Shown here piece by piece: positions 8,950-17,805 of a stretch of DNA of 36,648 bases (its first letter is position 1; each line of letters starts with the position of its first letter). The position numbers were made by a program, and so were the translations under genes. The notes beneath the pieces are model-generated. The model was not told the DNA's origin. It saw nothing but the letters and a program-made list of their open reading frames with translations, and did no database searches. Origin of the DNA: Candidatus Eiseniibacteriota bacterium. GTDB lineage: Bacteria; Eisenbacteria; RBG-16-71-46; JABDJR01; JAWXBZ01. Location: the NCBI GenBank assembly GCA_034440375.1, contig JAWXBZ010000146.1, positions 1-36,648 of the forward strand, given 5' to 3'.

Positions 8950-9013
8950 CCAGCCATCCGTTCCGGCTAAGATTCACCCTCACAAAAGATTATCCGCGCG
9001 GGGGCGATTTATT

Positions 9014-10933
9014 TTGGGTACCTTGGAACTCCAGACTGATTTTTCGGGCGTCGAGCGTCGTAAATTCATGCGGGCGCTGCTGGCCGACGTTCGGGCCCTG
9101 GAACGAATGATGGCCGAAGGGATGATCGAGGACGGAGTTCGTCGGGTCGGTGCCGAGCAGGAAGTCTTCCTGGTGAACAAGGCCTGGCATGTGGCTCCGG
9201 CGGCCGACGACATCCTTCCCCTCCTTTCCGACGACCACTACACAACCGAATTCGGCATCTTCAACCTCGAGTTCAACATGGACCCGCTGGTCTTCGGCGG
9301 GGATTGCCTCTCCCGGATGGAGAGTCAGATCAATGAACTCCTGTTGAAACTGCGGGTGGCGGCCGCGAAAAAAGATGTCGAGATCCTGATGGTCGGCATT
9401 CTGCCCACCATCCGGAAATCAGACCTGGGTGAGGAGAACATGACTCCCCGGGCCCGCTATCACGCCCTGAATCGGGCTCTGACGGCACTCCGTGGCGGCA
9501 CGTATGAGTTCTACATCAAGGGGGTGGATGAGCTCCTCCTGAAGCACGATTCGGCCATGCTCGAAGCGTGCAATACCAGCTTTCAGGTTCACTTTCAGGC
9601 CGGGGCGAAGGAGTTCGCCAACCTGTATAACATTGCCCAGGTGGCCGCCGGGCCCGTGCTGGCCGCCGCCACCAACAGCCCTCTCCTCTTCGGGAAGCGG
9701 CTCTGGGCCGAAACACGCATTGCCCTGTTTCAGCAGGCCGTGGATACCCGCTCGTCGGGTCACCACATGCGCGAGCGGAAATCCCGGGTCACGTTCGGCA
9801 ACGACTGGTTGCGCGGATCGGCAGCGGAAATCTTCAAGGAGGACATCGCCAGTTTCCGGGCGCTGGTCGGTATTGAGCAGGACGAGGATCCCTTCGAGAT
9901 TCTGAAACGGGGCGGAGTCCCCGAGCTGAATGCCCTCCGTTTGTTCAATGGCACGGTCTATCGATGGAACCGACCCTGTTACGGCATCATCGACGGCAAA
10001 CCCCATCTCCGCATCGAGAACCGGGTCCTGCCGGCCGGCCCCACGGTGGTCGATGAGGTGGCCAACGCCGCATTCTGGTTCGGCGTCATCAGCGGGCTCT
10101 CCGACCAGTACGATGACATTACCCAGGTCATTGACTTCGAGGCCGCCTCCATGAACTTCATGTCGGCCGCCCGGATCGGCCTCTCGGCCCAGTTTCACTG
10201 GCTGGAGGGGAAGGAAGCACCGGCCCAGACGCTGATCCTGGATACACTGCTCCCGATGGCCCACGCGGCGCTGATCCGCCGCGAGGTCAAGGCCGCGGAC
10301 GTCGATCGCTACCTCGGCATCATCGAGCACCGGGTTCGCACCGGCAGGACCGGCAGCCGCTGGATGATCACATCGCTGGCCGGCCTGAAAGACAAGGGAA
10401 CTCCGGGCGAACGGCTGAACGCACTGACGGCCGCGTCGATAGCCCGCCAGAAGGAAGGCTTGCCCGTCGCGGAGTGGAAGCCGGCTGACCTTTCCGAAGC
10501 CGGGGGCTGGCAGCATAACTATGCCGTCGTCGAGCAGTACATGGTCACCGAGATTTACACGGTGCAGCCCGATGAGCCGATCGACCTGGTGGCCAACCTG
10601 ATGGAGTGGCAGCGCATCCGCCATGTGCCGGTCGAGGATCAGGAGCATCACCTGATCGGCATCGTGTCGTACCGCGCGGTGCTCCGGGCACTGGCGCATG
10701 GTCATCACAGCCTGGACGGCATGCCGCTGGCGGTGGCCGACATCATGAAGAAGAATCCGCTGTCGGTAGCACCGGATACCCCAACGCTCGACGCGATCGC
10801 CCTGATGCGACAGCACCAGATTGGTGCGCTGCCGGTGGTTCACAACGGACGGTTGATCGGCATCATCACCGAACATGACTTTCTCGACATTGCCGCCGAA
10901 CTTCTGGAACAGAAACTTCGGGAGCATGCGTGA
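9014..10933 (+). CDS. Glutamate-cysteine ligase family 2 (GCS2)-like carboxylate-amine ligase fused to a C-terminal CBS pair
   Basis: VGAEQEVFLV, TTEFGIFNLEFN, CNTSFQVH, ATNSPLL, YRWNRP, LRIENRVLPAGP. CBS motifs IRHVPVED..LIGIVS and IGALPVVHNGRLIGIITEHD. TTG start at 9014 is inferred. Confidence 0.85.
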   Translation: MGTLELQTDFSGVERRKFMRALLADVRALERMMAEGMIEDGVRRVGAEQEVFLVNKAWHVAPAADDILPLLSDDHYTTEFGIFNLEFNMDPLVFGGDCLSRMESQINELLLKLRVAAAKKDVEILMVGILPTIRKSDLGEENMTPRARYHALNRALTALRGGTYEFYIKGVDELLLKHDSAMLEACNTSFQVHFQAGAKEFANLYNIAQVAAGPVLAAATNSPLLFGKRLWAETRIALFQQAVDTRSSGHHMRERKSRVTFGNDWLRGSAAEIFKEDIASFRALVGIEQDEDPFEILKRGGVPELNALRLFNGTVYRWNRPCYGIIDGKPHLRIENRVLPAGPTVVDEVANAAFWFGVISGLSDQYDDITQVIDFEAASMNFMSAARIGLSAQFHWLEGKEAPAQTLILDTLLPMAHAALIRREVKAADVDRYLGIIEHRVRTGRTGSRWMITSLAGLKDKGTPGERLNALTAASIARQKEGLPVAEWKPADLSEAGGWQHNYAVVEQYMVTEIYTVQPDEPIDLVANLMEWQRIRHVPVEDQEHHLIGIVSYRAVLRALAHGHHSLDGMPLAVADIMKKNPLSVAPDTPTLDAIALMRQHQIGALPVVHNGRLIGIITEHDFLDIAAELLEQKLREHA

Positions 10934-11895
10934 TCTTGCGAGCCGACGATTTTCCTCCCGTGATGAGCGCTCCACCCACGCGCCGCCTGGGTATGGCGCG
11001 GTCCGAACATCCGGGCCCGACGCTGCTGATCATTGCCGGCATCCATGGCAATGAGCCGGCGGGTGTCGCCGCGGTACGCTGTTTCCTCGACACGTTCTCG
11101 GAACAGGAATCGGACTTCATCGGAGAGATCGTGGCGCTCTGCGGCAACATCGGGGCATCCCTCGCCGGGAGGCGATACCTGGATCACGACTTGAACCGTC
11201 GATGGAGCTGCGAGCGGGTAATGGGCCTGGCTTTGGCCGGCCCGTCCGATCGCGACCGGGAGGATGACGAGCAGCTGGCGCTCTCCCGGGAAATAGACGA
11301 CGCCATGGCCCGGGCCCGAGGGCCTGTTTATTTTCTCGATCTGCACACGACATCGGCCGCCGGTTACCCATTCAGCATGATTGCCGACCACCCCGAGCAG
11401 CGGGAATTCGCCCTCCAGTTTGAGCTGCCGATCCTCCTGGGGCTCCTGGAGCAGGTCGACGGCGTTCTCCTGGAGTATCTTCGGCGTCGAGGGTGTATCT
11501 GCCTGGGGATTGAGGCGGGCCAGCACGAGCGATCTCAGTCGATCGAGCACCACCTGGCCGCCCTCCGAATCGCCGTGGTGGCCGCCGGCCTCCTGCCGGC
11601 CGATTCGACACCGGAACTGCTCAAAACCAGCCTTGAAACTCTTAATCGCGCGCGCGGCGAGTTGCCCCGCCTGATGCGCGTCGAGAATCGACATGGCATC
11701 CGCCCGGACGATCAGTTCCGGATGGAGCCGGGATTCGCCAACATCGAAATGATTGAAAAGGGGCAGCTGTTGGCCCGCGACCGGAAGGGCGAAATTCGTG
11801 CCCGCGAAACGGGCATTCTGTTCATGCCGTTGTATCAGGGCCTGGGCGATGATGGATTCTTCACCGGTCGGGCCCTGACGATCGATATCGAGTAA
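10930..11895 (+). CDS. Succinylglutamate desuccinylase/aspartoacylase family (M14 Zn amidohydrolase)
   Basis: AGIHGNEPAG (HxxE), DLNRRW, LDLHTTS, IEAGQH. GTGA overlap with the ligase stop. Confidence 0.88.
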   Translation: MILRADDFPPVMSAPPTRRLGMARSEHPGPTLLIIAGIHGNEPAGVAAVRCFLDTFSEQESDFIGEIVALCGNIGASLAGRRYLDHDLNRRWSCERVMGLALAGPSDRDREDDEQLALSREIDDAMARARGPVYFLDLHTTSAAGYPFSMIADHPEQREFALQFELPILLGLLEQVDGVLLEYLRRRGCICLGIEAGQHERSQSIEHHLAALRIAVVAAGLLPADSTPELLKTSLETLNRARGELPRLMRVENRHGIRPDDQFRMEPGFANIEMIEKGQLLARDRKGEIRARETGILFMPLYQGLGDDGFFTGRALTIDIE

Positions 11896-11979
11896 TGTTG
11901 CGCGATGCGCCGCCGGGAGTTCCGGCGACGCCTGTTAAGGCCGCCGATCACAACACGGCGGGCCGGAAAGGATACTGTC

Positions 11980-12744
11980 TTGGTCATTCCGATTTTCTTC
12001 GTCAGTCACTGGATCATCTCCGTCTTTTTCCAGAGTTTCTTTCTGCACCGGTATGCCGCCCACAAGATGTACACGGTCGGCCCCCGGACAGAGCGTGTCA
12101 TCCACTTCCTGACCTGGCTGACCCAGGGGGCCTCTTACCTCCTTCCCCGGGCGTACGCCATCCTGCACCGTGAGCACCATGCGTACTCGGACAGTGAGCT
12201 GGATCCGCACTCGCCGCACCAGAACTCCAATGTCTTCACCATGATGTGGAAGACCAAGAAGCGCTACGGCGGCATTTCGCGCCGGACGCTGGCCGTCGAA
12301 AAACGATTCCTCGGCGGCTATCCCGAGTGGCCATTGCTCGACAAGATTGGTGAGTCGTACATCGGCCGCACGGCCTGGGTCGTGGCCTACTTCTTCTTCT
12401 ACATGGCCTTCGCCACCGCCTGGTGGCAGTGGCTCCTCTTTCCGTTCACGATTGCCATCGGGCCGGTCCATGGCGCCATCGTCAACTGGTGCGGCCACAA
12501 GTACGGCTATCGCAACTGGAACACGGGTGACGACAGCAAGAACACGCTGCCGATCGACATCGTGACCATGGGCGAACTCTTCCAGAACAATCACCATCGT
12601 TCGAGCCGCCGGGCGAATTTTGCCACCCGGTCCTACGAGGTCGATCCGACCTTCGTGATCATGCGGCTACTCGACAAGATGCGGGTGATCACCCTGCTGA
12701 AGCCGCGCGTCAGTGAGGCCGCCACGGCGGCCAAGGCGGCCTAG
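11980..12744 (+). CDS. Membrane acyl-CoA/fatty acid desaturase (delta-9-like)
   Basis: His boxes HRYAAH, HREHH and QNNHH; DPHSP; VNWCGH; hydrophobic segments. TTG start after GGAAAGGA. Confidence 0.9.
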   Translation: MVIPIFFVSHWIISVFFQSFFLHRYAAHKMYTVGPRTERVIHFLTWLTQGASYLLPRAYAILHREHHAYSDSELDPHSPHQNSNVFTMMWKTKKRYGGISRRTLAVEKRFLGGYPEWPLLDKIGESYIGRTAWVVAYFFFYMAFATAWWQWLLFPFTIAIGPVHGAIVNWCGHKYGYRNWNTGDDSKNTLPIDIVTMGELFQNNHHRSSRRANFATRSYEVDPTFVIMRLLDKMRVITLLKPRVSEAATAAKAA

Positions 12745-14007
12745 GTGATCCGTCGACTCATCGCCCCTGGCCTCATCCTGACCGCCGCGCTGCTCGTCGG
12801 GTGCGGCGGCCAAAAGGCCGGTGTTCAACCCATGATCGACGAGTTCTCGAGCTATGAGCAGGATGTCATGGCACTGAACCCGCTCCCTCCGGCGTTGGAT
12901 GTCCTGAAGCTGGGTGAGTCGAAGCGGGACGCGGCGAAGCCCCTGTCCGACAAGGGACAGGTCAAGCTGGCCCAGCCGGCAATGGAGGAAGCCCTGGCCG
13001 ACGTCCGGGTGGCACTGGCGCTGGCCCGGGCCGACGCGGCCCGCAACAAGGCCGACGGCTGTCTGCAAAAGGTGGACCGTGCTCGGGAGGGGTGGAACGA
13101 GGTCATCCTCATGCTCGAGCAGACAGAGAGAGTGGCTGCCCGAAGCGTTTCGGAGATTGCGCGGGAGGAACCGGAAATGCCGGCCCAGCCGCCGCTCCCC
13201 GCTTCGACGATCGACGGTGCGGCCGTGCCGACCATGCCCACCACCGAACTGCGGCCGGCCTTTGCCGCCTGGCGGGACCTGGCCCGGAACGCGGGGCTGA
13301 GCGCCGGCGATCTGGAGACCCGGTTCAACGACCGGGCGGGTCTGGCCGACGATCCCAAGGGGAAGGACCTGGACAAGGCCCGTAACCGCTACGTGGCCGC
13401 CCGGACACTCCAGGAAATGGAGGCCCGGGTGCGGGAGCAGCGGGCGGTCGAATTGTGCGCCCAGTCCACCGAACTGTCATCCCGCTTCGGCGATTCCCGC
13501 GAGCAGGCCCTCCGTGCCACCCTGGAACTGGAGCGAAGCCTCAAGGACGACTTGAAGACCGAGTTGGACGCTGCCCGGGCCGAAGCGGAGGCGCGCCAGT
13601 CGGACCTGTACGAATCGCTGCAGAAGCTGGAAGGGCGATTCGCCAGCATCAAGAAGACCGCCCGCGGCACGATCGTCAGCCTTGCGGACATTCTCTTCGA
13701 TTTCGGCAAGGCCACGCTGAAACGGGATGTCGAATTCAACCTGGTGAAGATTGCCACGATCCTCGAGCAGTATCCCGAAATGCAGATCGCGGTCGAGGGG
13801 CACACCGACAACGTCGGCTCGGAGGAGTACAACCTCGAACTCTCGACGAAGCGTGCCGCAGCCGTGGCCGATTTCATGGCCACCCAGGGCCTCACGAAGG
13901 AGCGGCTCACGGTGGCCGGCTACGGATTCTCGCGACCCCAGGAAGACAATTCCACCGAGAGCGGCCGGCAAAAAAACCGGCGCGTTGATCTGGTCATCAA
14001 CGAGTAG
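12745..14007 (+). CDS. OmpA-family peptidoglycan-binding lipoprotein with long helical/coiled-coil N-terminal region
   Basis: Lipobox LLVGC; ILFDFGKATL, VEGHTDNVG, NLELSTKRA, GYG..RP, NRRVD. Confidence 0.9.
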   Translation: MIRRLIAPGLILTAALLVGCGGQKAGVQPMIDEFSSYEQDVMALNPLPPALDVLKLGESKRDAAKPLSDKGQVKLAQPAMEEALADVRVALALARADAARNKADGCLQKVDRAREGWNEVILMLEQTERVAARSVSEIAREEPEMPAQPPLPASTIDGAAVPTMPTTELRPAFAAWRDLARNAGLSAGDLETRFNDRAGLADDPKGKDLDKARNRYVAARTLQEMEARVREQRAVELCAQSTELSSRFGDSREQALRATLELERSLKDDLKTELDAARAEAEARQSDLYESLQKLEGRFASIKKTARGTIVSLADILFDFGKATLKRDVEFNLVKIATILEQYPEMQIAVEGHTDNVGSEEYNLELSTKRAAAVADFMATQGLTKERLTVAGYGFSRPQEDNSTESGRQKNRRVDLVINE

Positions 14008-14017
14008 GCGGGGTTCG

Positions 14018-14419
14018 TCAAGATTCGTTGAGAATTGACAGAAACCGACGGATCGGACCGAGCTCGTCCATCGCCTCGACCACACGATTCATGTCGAGAG
14101 CCACGTAGTCATGGACGAGCACATTCCGGAAGCCCGGGAGTCGCTCCAGCACTTCGATGATCTCGTCACTGAACCGTGCGTCCCGTCGCAGATTCCGAAC
14201 GGCCTCGGTATAGTCTTCGAAGCGATCACCCCTCGCGGCTGACAGCTCGCCGCAAATGTCGATGACGAGCTGGCAGACCGTGAAGAGCGAGAAGAGGACG
14301 TCGTTGTGCAGCGACAGGTCCCGCTCGAGCTCTGCCGCCCCCCGAACGCGCGGACGCAACTCATCCAGATGATCCAGGTGGCGCCGCAGTTCAACCAGGC
14401 GTTCGGTGAGCGGAGTCAT
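14018..14419 (-). CDS. hepT: HEPN (DUF86) RNase toxin
   Basis: GFRNVLVHDY matches the R-X4-H-X-Y motif; 133 aa; overlaps the MNT gene stop. Confidence 0.88.
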   Translation of the reverse strand: MTPLTERLVELRRHLDHLDELRPRVRGAAELERDLSLHNDVLFSLFTVCQLVIDICGELSAARGDRFEDYTEAVRNLRRDARFSDEIIEVLERLPGFRNVLVHDYVALDMNRVVEAMDELGPIRRFLSILNES

Positions 14420-14844
14420 CGGTTTCTCAGGTAGTCCCGCTTGAGCCTGTCCATGCGGACCAGGAAGGGACCGATATCGGCGGCCCGGAGTTGGATGGCA
14501 CAGACGTAGTCACTATCAATGGCCGGATCGAGGCAGACGATCCGTTCCCCGTCGAGTACGATGCGTCTCCCCAGCAGTGGCGCCGCCTCGTTAAGGATGA
14601 CCAGGTCGACCGGGCGGCCCGCCAGGTTGGAGGTCAAGCGGGCCATGAGCCGAACTCGAAGATCGAACCGGGAGCGCGCGGTGGCATACATCTCCCGGCG
14701 AACCAGAACGGCGAGGTCCACGTCGCTCTCCCGATGCTCCCGCCGTTCGGCGACGCTGCCGAACAGGTAGGCGGAAACCAGCCCCGGGCCGACCAGTTCA
14801 ACCAGGGTGGAACGAATTGTCTCTCTCAGTTGCGGTTTGCTCAT
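14416..14844 (-). CDS. mntA: Minimal nucleotidyltransferase antitoxin
   Basis: YLFGS-VAERREHRES-DVD matches GS-X10-DXD; RPVDLVILN. Confidence 0.88.
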   Translation of the reverse strand: MSKPQLRETIRSTLVELVGPGLVSAYLFGSVAERREHRESDVDLAVLVRREMYATARSRFDLRVRLMARLTSNLAGRPVDLVILNEAAPLLGRRIVLDGERIVCLDPAIDSDYVCAIQLRAADIGPFLVRMDRLKRDYLRNR

Positions 14845-15106
14845 CGGCTCGTGAATCTCCAATGGTACGCTTCGCGACGTATCCGCTCATGACTCTACCA
14901 GTCTGACCCGGCTCGCCACAGCGGCTCGAGTCACAATCGCGACACTCATTTCAAATTTCATCTACACATCCGTGCTCCAGTGTGATTGAATCCCGAAGTT
15001 ACTTCGCCATATGCTGTTCGGGGCGTGTTCGGAATCAGCCGGACTCGCCCCGAACGTTTTGATTCAATCCTGGCGGCGGCCCCCGCTCATGACACCCGGG
15101 AGATAC

Positions 15107-16249
15107 ATGGGACAGATTCTGGCGATCGTTTCCTCCAAGGGGGGCGTGGGCAAGACGACGACAGCGGTAAACCTGGCCGCGGCCTTTGCCTCGCACAACT
15201 TCCCGACCCTGTTGATCGAGGCCGATCCGCAGTGCGGGCTTGTCGCCAATTTTGGCTACGACCGTTTCGACATCCCGAAGGGACTCAGTGACGTGGCCCG
15301 CGGCGAATGCCGGATCGAGGACACGACGTTTGAGACACCCGTCCCGGGGCTTCACGTGGTATCCAGCAACGTCTGGAGCCAGGAGGAAGAGGCGCTCTAC
15401 CTGGGCGCACTCGAGCGCGACCCGTTGGTTTTCAAGCGAGCCTTCACCTCGCTCCGGGATGGTTACGACTACCTGATCATCGACGCGCCACCCATGCTCG
15501 GGCCGATCAGCATGGCCATTCTGGCGGCGGCCGACCGATTCATCGTGCCGGTCCAGACCGAGCCGCAATCGGTGCGGGCCCTGTCGCGATTGGTCGAGAC
15601 GTCGATCAAGATTCGGGAGCGATTCAACCCCGGCCTCATCTTCGACGGCATCGCGCTGACCATGGTCGACAGCCGCACCCGCATGAGCCAGCAGCTTGAA
15701 GAGGAGGTCCGTGCCAGGTGGCCGGATCAGGTTTTCGTGGCAACGGTGCCCCGAAGCGTGCGCCTGGCCGAAATTCCCGGCTCGGGACGGCCCCTGGTCC
15801 TTTCGTCACCGGCCTCGCGCGGCGCGCGTGCCTATTCGAGCCTCGCCCACGAAATCCTCCTTGTGCATGCCCGCGAACGCGCCATGGCCCGGCCCATGGA
15901 GGGTGTTGACCCGGACACCTCCGATGACGACGTGCCGGCCTCGCCACCCTCGGATGCGCAGGACAGCAGCATGACCCGCTTTCTGACCGCGATGTCGGCT
16001 CAGGCGGTGGCGCCCCATTCGGCGGAGCGAAGCGAACCCGCCGAGGCGCCACGCGCCGGCCAGAACGGGGCTTCCGAATCGCCCGATCTGGCTCTCCTCG
16101 ACCTTCCCGCCGAGGAGGAGTGGGACGATCGCTTCGTGGATCTCGAGACATTCCTGGAAATCGAGGCGGGCGGCACGGCGAAGACGGCCGTGGCCGATGA
16201 TGACTACGAAGAGGACGAATGGAGTGCCTGGGATCGGGACGAAAACTGA
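15107..16249 (+). CDS. ParA/Soj-family ATPase with acidic C-terminal extension
   Basis: KGGVGKTT deviant Walker A, ADPQ, YDYLIIDAPP, IVPVQTE, VPRSVRLAE. Confidence 0.9.
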   Translation: MGQILAIVSSKGGVGKTTTAVNLAAAFASHNFPTLLIEADPQCGLVANFGYDRFDIPKGLSDVARGECRIEDTTFETPVPGLHVVSSNVWSQEEEALYLGALERDPLVFKRAFTSLRDGYDYLIIDAPPMLGPISMAILAAADRFIVPVQTEPQSVRALSRLVETSIKIRERFNPGLIFDGIALTMVDSRTRMSQQLEEEVRARWPDQVFVATVPRSVRLAEIPGSGRPLVLSSPASRGARAYSSLAHEILLVHARERAMARPMEGVDPDTSDDDVPASPPSDAQDSSMTRFLTAMSAQAVAPHSAERSEPAEAPRAGQNGASESPDLALLDLPAEEEWDDRFVDLETFLEIEAGGTAKTAVADDDYEEDEWSAWDRDEN

Positions 16250-16289
16250 GGCGTCCTGCGGCAGGGCTGTCTGCCGTGCGGCGTGGTCT

Positions 16290-17573
16290 TCAATCCGGCG
16301 GCGAGACGGGGTTGGCGAACGCCTCGCCCAGCACCTCCCACATTCCCATGGCGCCGATCTGACCGGCGTCGCTCACCGTCACGCCGAAACTTCCCCTCTG
16401 AAGTGTCTGGATGGCTTCAAGGAGCCGCCCCGGGCGGTTCTGGTACTGCTCGACAATCAGTATCAATCCCACCGGCCGCTCCTGGTGCGTTGCCCGCTTG
16501 ACCCCGGTCATGATCTCCCGGATGGCCGCGGGGTTGGCGTCGCGCGAGACGAGCGCCAGTTCGTCCACAAGGTCGGCCAGTGAGCGCGAGCGGAATCGCT
16601 CGGTCGAGTACCAGAGCGACGACTTGAACCTGGAATGGGCCCAGTTCACACCCAGGGTCGTGGACGCCTCATAGTAGGCTGGCGCCGACAGAATGATTGG
16701 AACTCCGGGGGCCACGCCGTCACGCAGCGTCTTGATCCGATTGACGAACTCGTGAATGATGCCGACCCGGAAGGCCTGCCAGAGTGGAAAGCGCGGGTGA
16801 TCCTTGTCGAGGACATCTTTCGGCCACTCGAGCGGCGAGAGCCCCGTCCAGGCATCGAAAAGAATCCGCGTCGAATCAGACAAGTCCGACTCGCGGCTGA
16901 CGAACCGGATCTCGTTCAGCAGGATGGCGTCCGGTTTCAGGTTCTGGATCATGTCCGAGATCGCTGTCGTCTCGTAACGCTGGACCGCGGGGAGTAGCGG
17001 ATTCAGCAGGATGAACTGCCCCGCCTGTGGCGAGTCCGTCTGGCGCATGACCCCGCGCTCCGGAATATTCAGAACCTGCTGCCACTCCGGCCGATCATAG
17101 GCCAGTCCGCGGCCGGTGCTCGGATTCCCATCGGCGAAAACCGAGGCGTACGCGATCACTTCCAATCCGTGTCGCTCGGCCGCCTGGCGGAACGCGCCAA
17201 AGTAGTCGAAACCGGGATCAATCGGGGGCGCGACCCGGCTCGGAAAGACCACCCGGCCGTCGCGCAACTTCACATCGACGATGAGGCGCTTGAAGCCGGC
17301 ACGGGCGACGGTATCGACCAGTGCATTCACCGCCTCGACCGAATTCAGGCGGACCAGATTGCGATCGAGGTCGATCATGATCGCGGGCGCGGGCGCCGGC
17401 GGCATGGGCGGCAGCGGGGTGGTATCCGCCTTCGAGGTGTCGGTGATAGCCGGAAGCGGATTCAGGTGCCCCTGTCCCATGGCCGCCGGGGCGGTAAGGA
17501 GCAGAAGCAGCGCTGCCGAAAACCGGATGGCGTCAGGCCAGGATTTTTTCGATCCGCTTGAGGATGTCGTCAT
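16290..17573 (-). CDS. Secreted GHL10/DUF187-like glycoside hydrolase-like TIM-barrel protein
   Basis: Signal peptide, Pro-rich linker, AGFKRLIVDVK..DGRVVFPS, AERHGLEVIAY, RPEW, LNPLLPAVQ, DAILLNEIRF. Confidence 0.6.
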   Translation of the reverse strand: MTTSSSGSKKSWPDAIRFSAALLLLLTAPAAMGQGHLNPLPAITDTSKADTTPLPPMPPAPAPAIMIDLDRNLVRLNSVEAVNALVDTVARAGFKRLIVDVKLRDGRVVFPSRVAPPIDPGFDYFGAFRQAAERHGLEVIAYASVFADGNPSTGRGLAYDRPEWQQVLNIPERGVMRQTDSPQAGQFILLNPLLPAVQRYETTAISDMIQNLKPDAILLNEIRFVSRESDLSDSTRILFDAWTGLSPLEWPKDVLDKDHPRFPLWQAFRVGIIHEFVNRIKTLRDGVAPGVPIILSAPAYYEASTTLGVNWAHSRFKSSLWYSTERFRSRSLADLVDELALVSRDANPAAIREIMTGVKRATHQERPVGLILIVEQYQNRPGRLLEAIQTLQRGSFGVTVSDAGQIGAMGMWEVLGEAFANPVSPPD

Positions 17574-17772
17574 GGTCGGGAAATTTTCCTGTCTCGAGCT
17601 TGGACCAGATGTTCTTGCCGTCCGCGGTCAGTTCGAATCGTCCGCCGTCGGATGGGATGAGAAGCAAGGATTGAATTCGAAACTTCAACCGTGGAAGCAG
17701 GTGGGCCGCCAGACCGACGGCCTGAGGTTCGTAGTTTCACTCCGCGCAATAGACAAGCTTGAGTTCCATCAT
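17533..17772 (-). CDS. SelW/SelT/SelH-like Rdx-family selenoprotein (79 aa, CxxU), absent from the ORF track
   Basis: GGAGG RBS, then MMELKLVYCAE-U(TGA at 17739-17737)-NYEPQAVGLAAHLLPRLKFRIQSLLLIPSDGGRFELTADGKNIWSKLETGKFPDHDDILKRIEKILA*. Rdx signatures YCxxU, GGxFE and IWSKxxxGxFP lie on both sides of the TGA. Confidence 0.92.
17710..17724 (-). promoter_or_regulatory. Putative bacterial SECIS hairpin
   Basis: CAGGCC-GUC-GGUCUG stem-loop begins 12 nt after the in-frame UGA, with G first in the apical loop. Confidence 0.6.
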
Positions 17773-17805
17773 CCAACCCTCCGCCATGTCTTCCAAAGGA
17801 CGTGA

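Noticed and set aside
9419-10975. Long antisense ORFs (e.g. 9419..10975, 19724..20824, 33284..34177)
   Set aside because: They are shadows of well-supported genes in GC-rich DNA and carry no recognisable motifs.
14994-15006. Inverted repeat CGAAGT-T-ACTTCG between mntA and the ParA gene
   Set aside because: Single short palindrome with no second copy or recognisable consensus, so it cannot be assigned a function.
17570-17805. Listed ORFs 17570..17776 (-) and 17281..17805 (+)
   Set aside because: The space is better explained by the selenoprotein frame, which has an RBS and family motifs.
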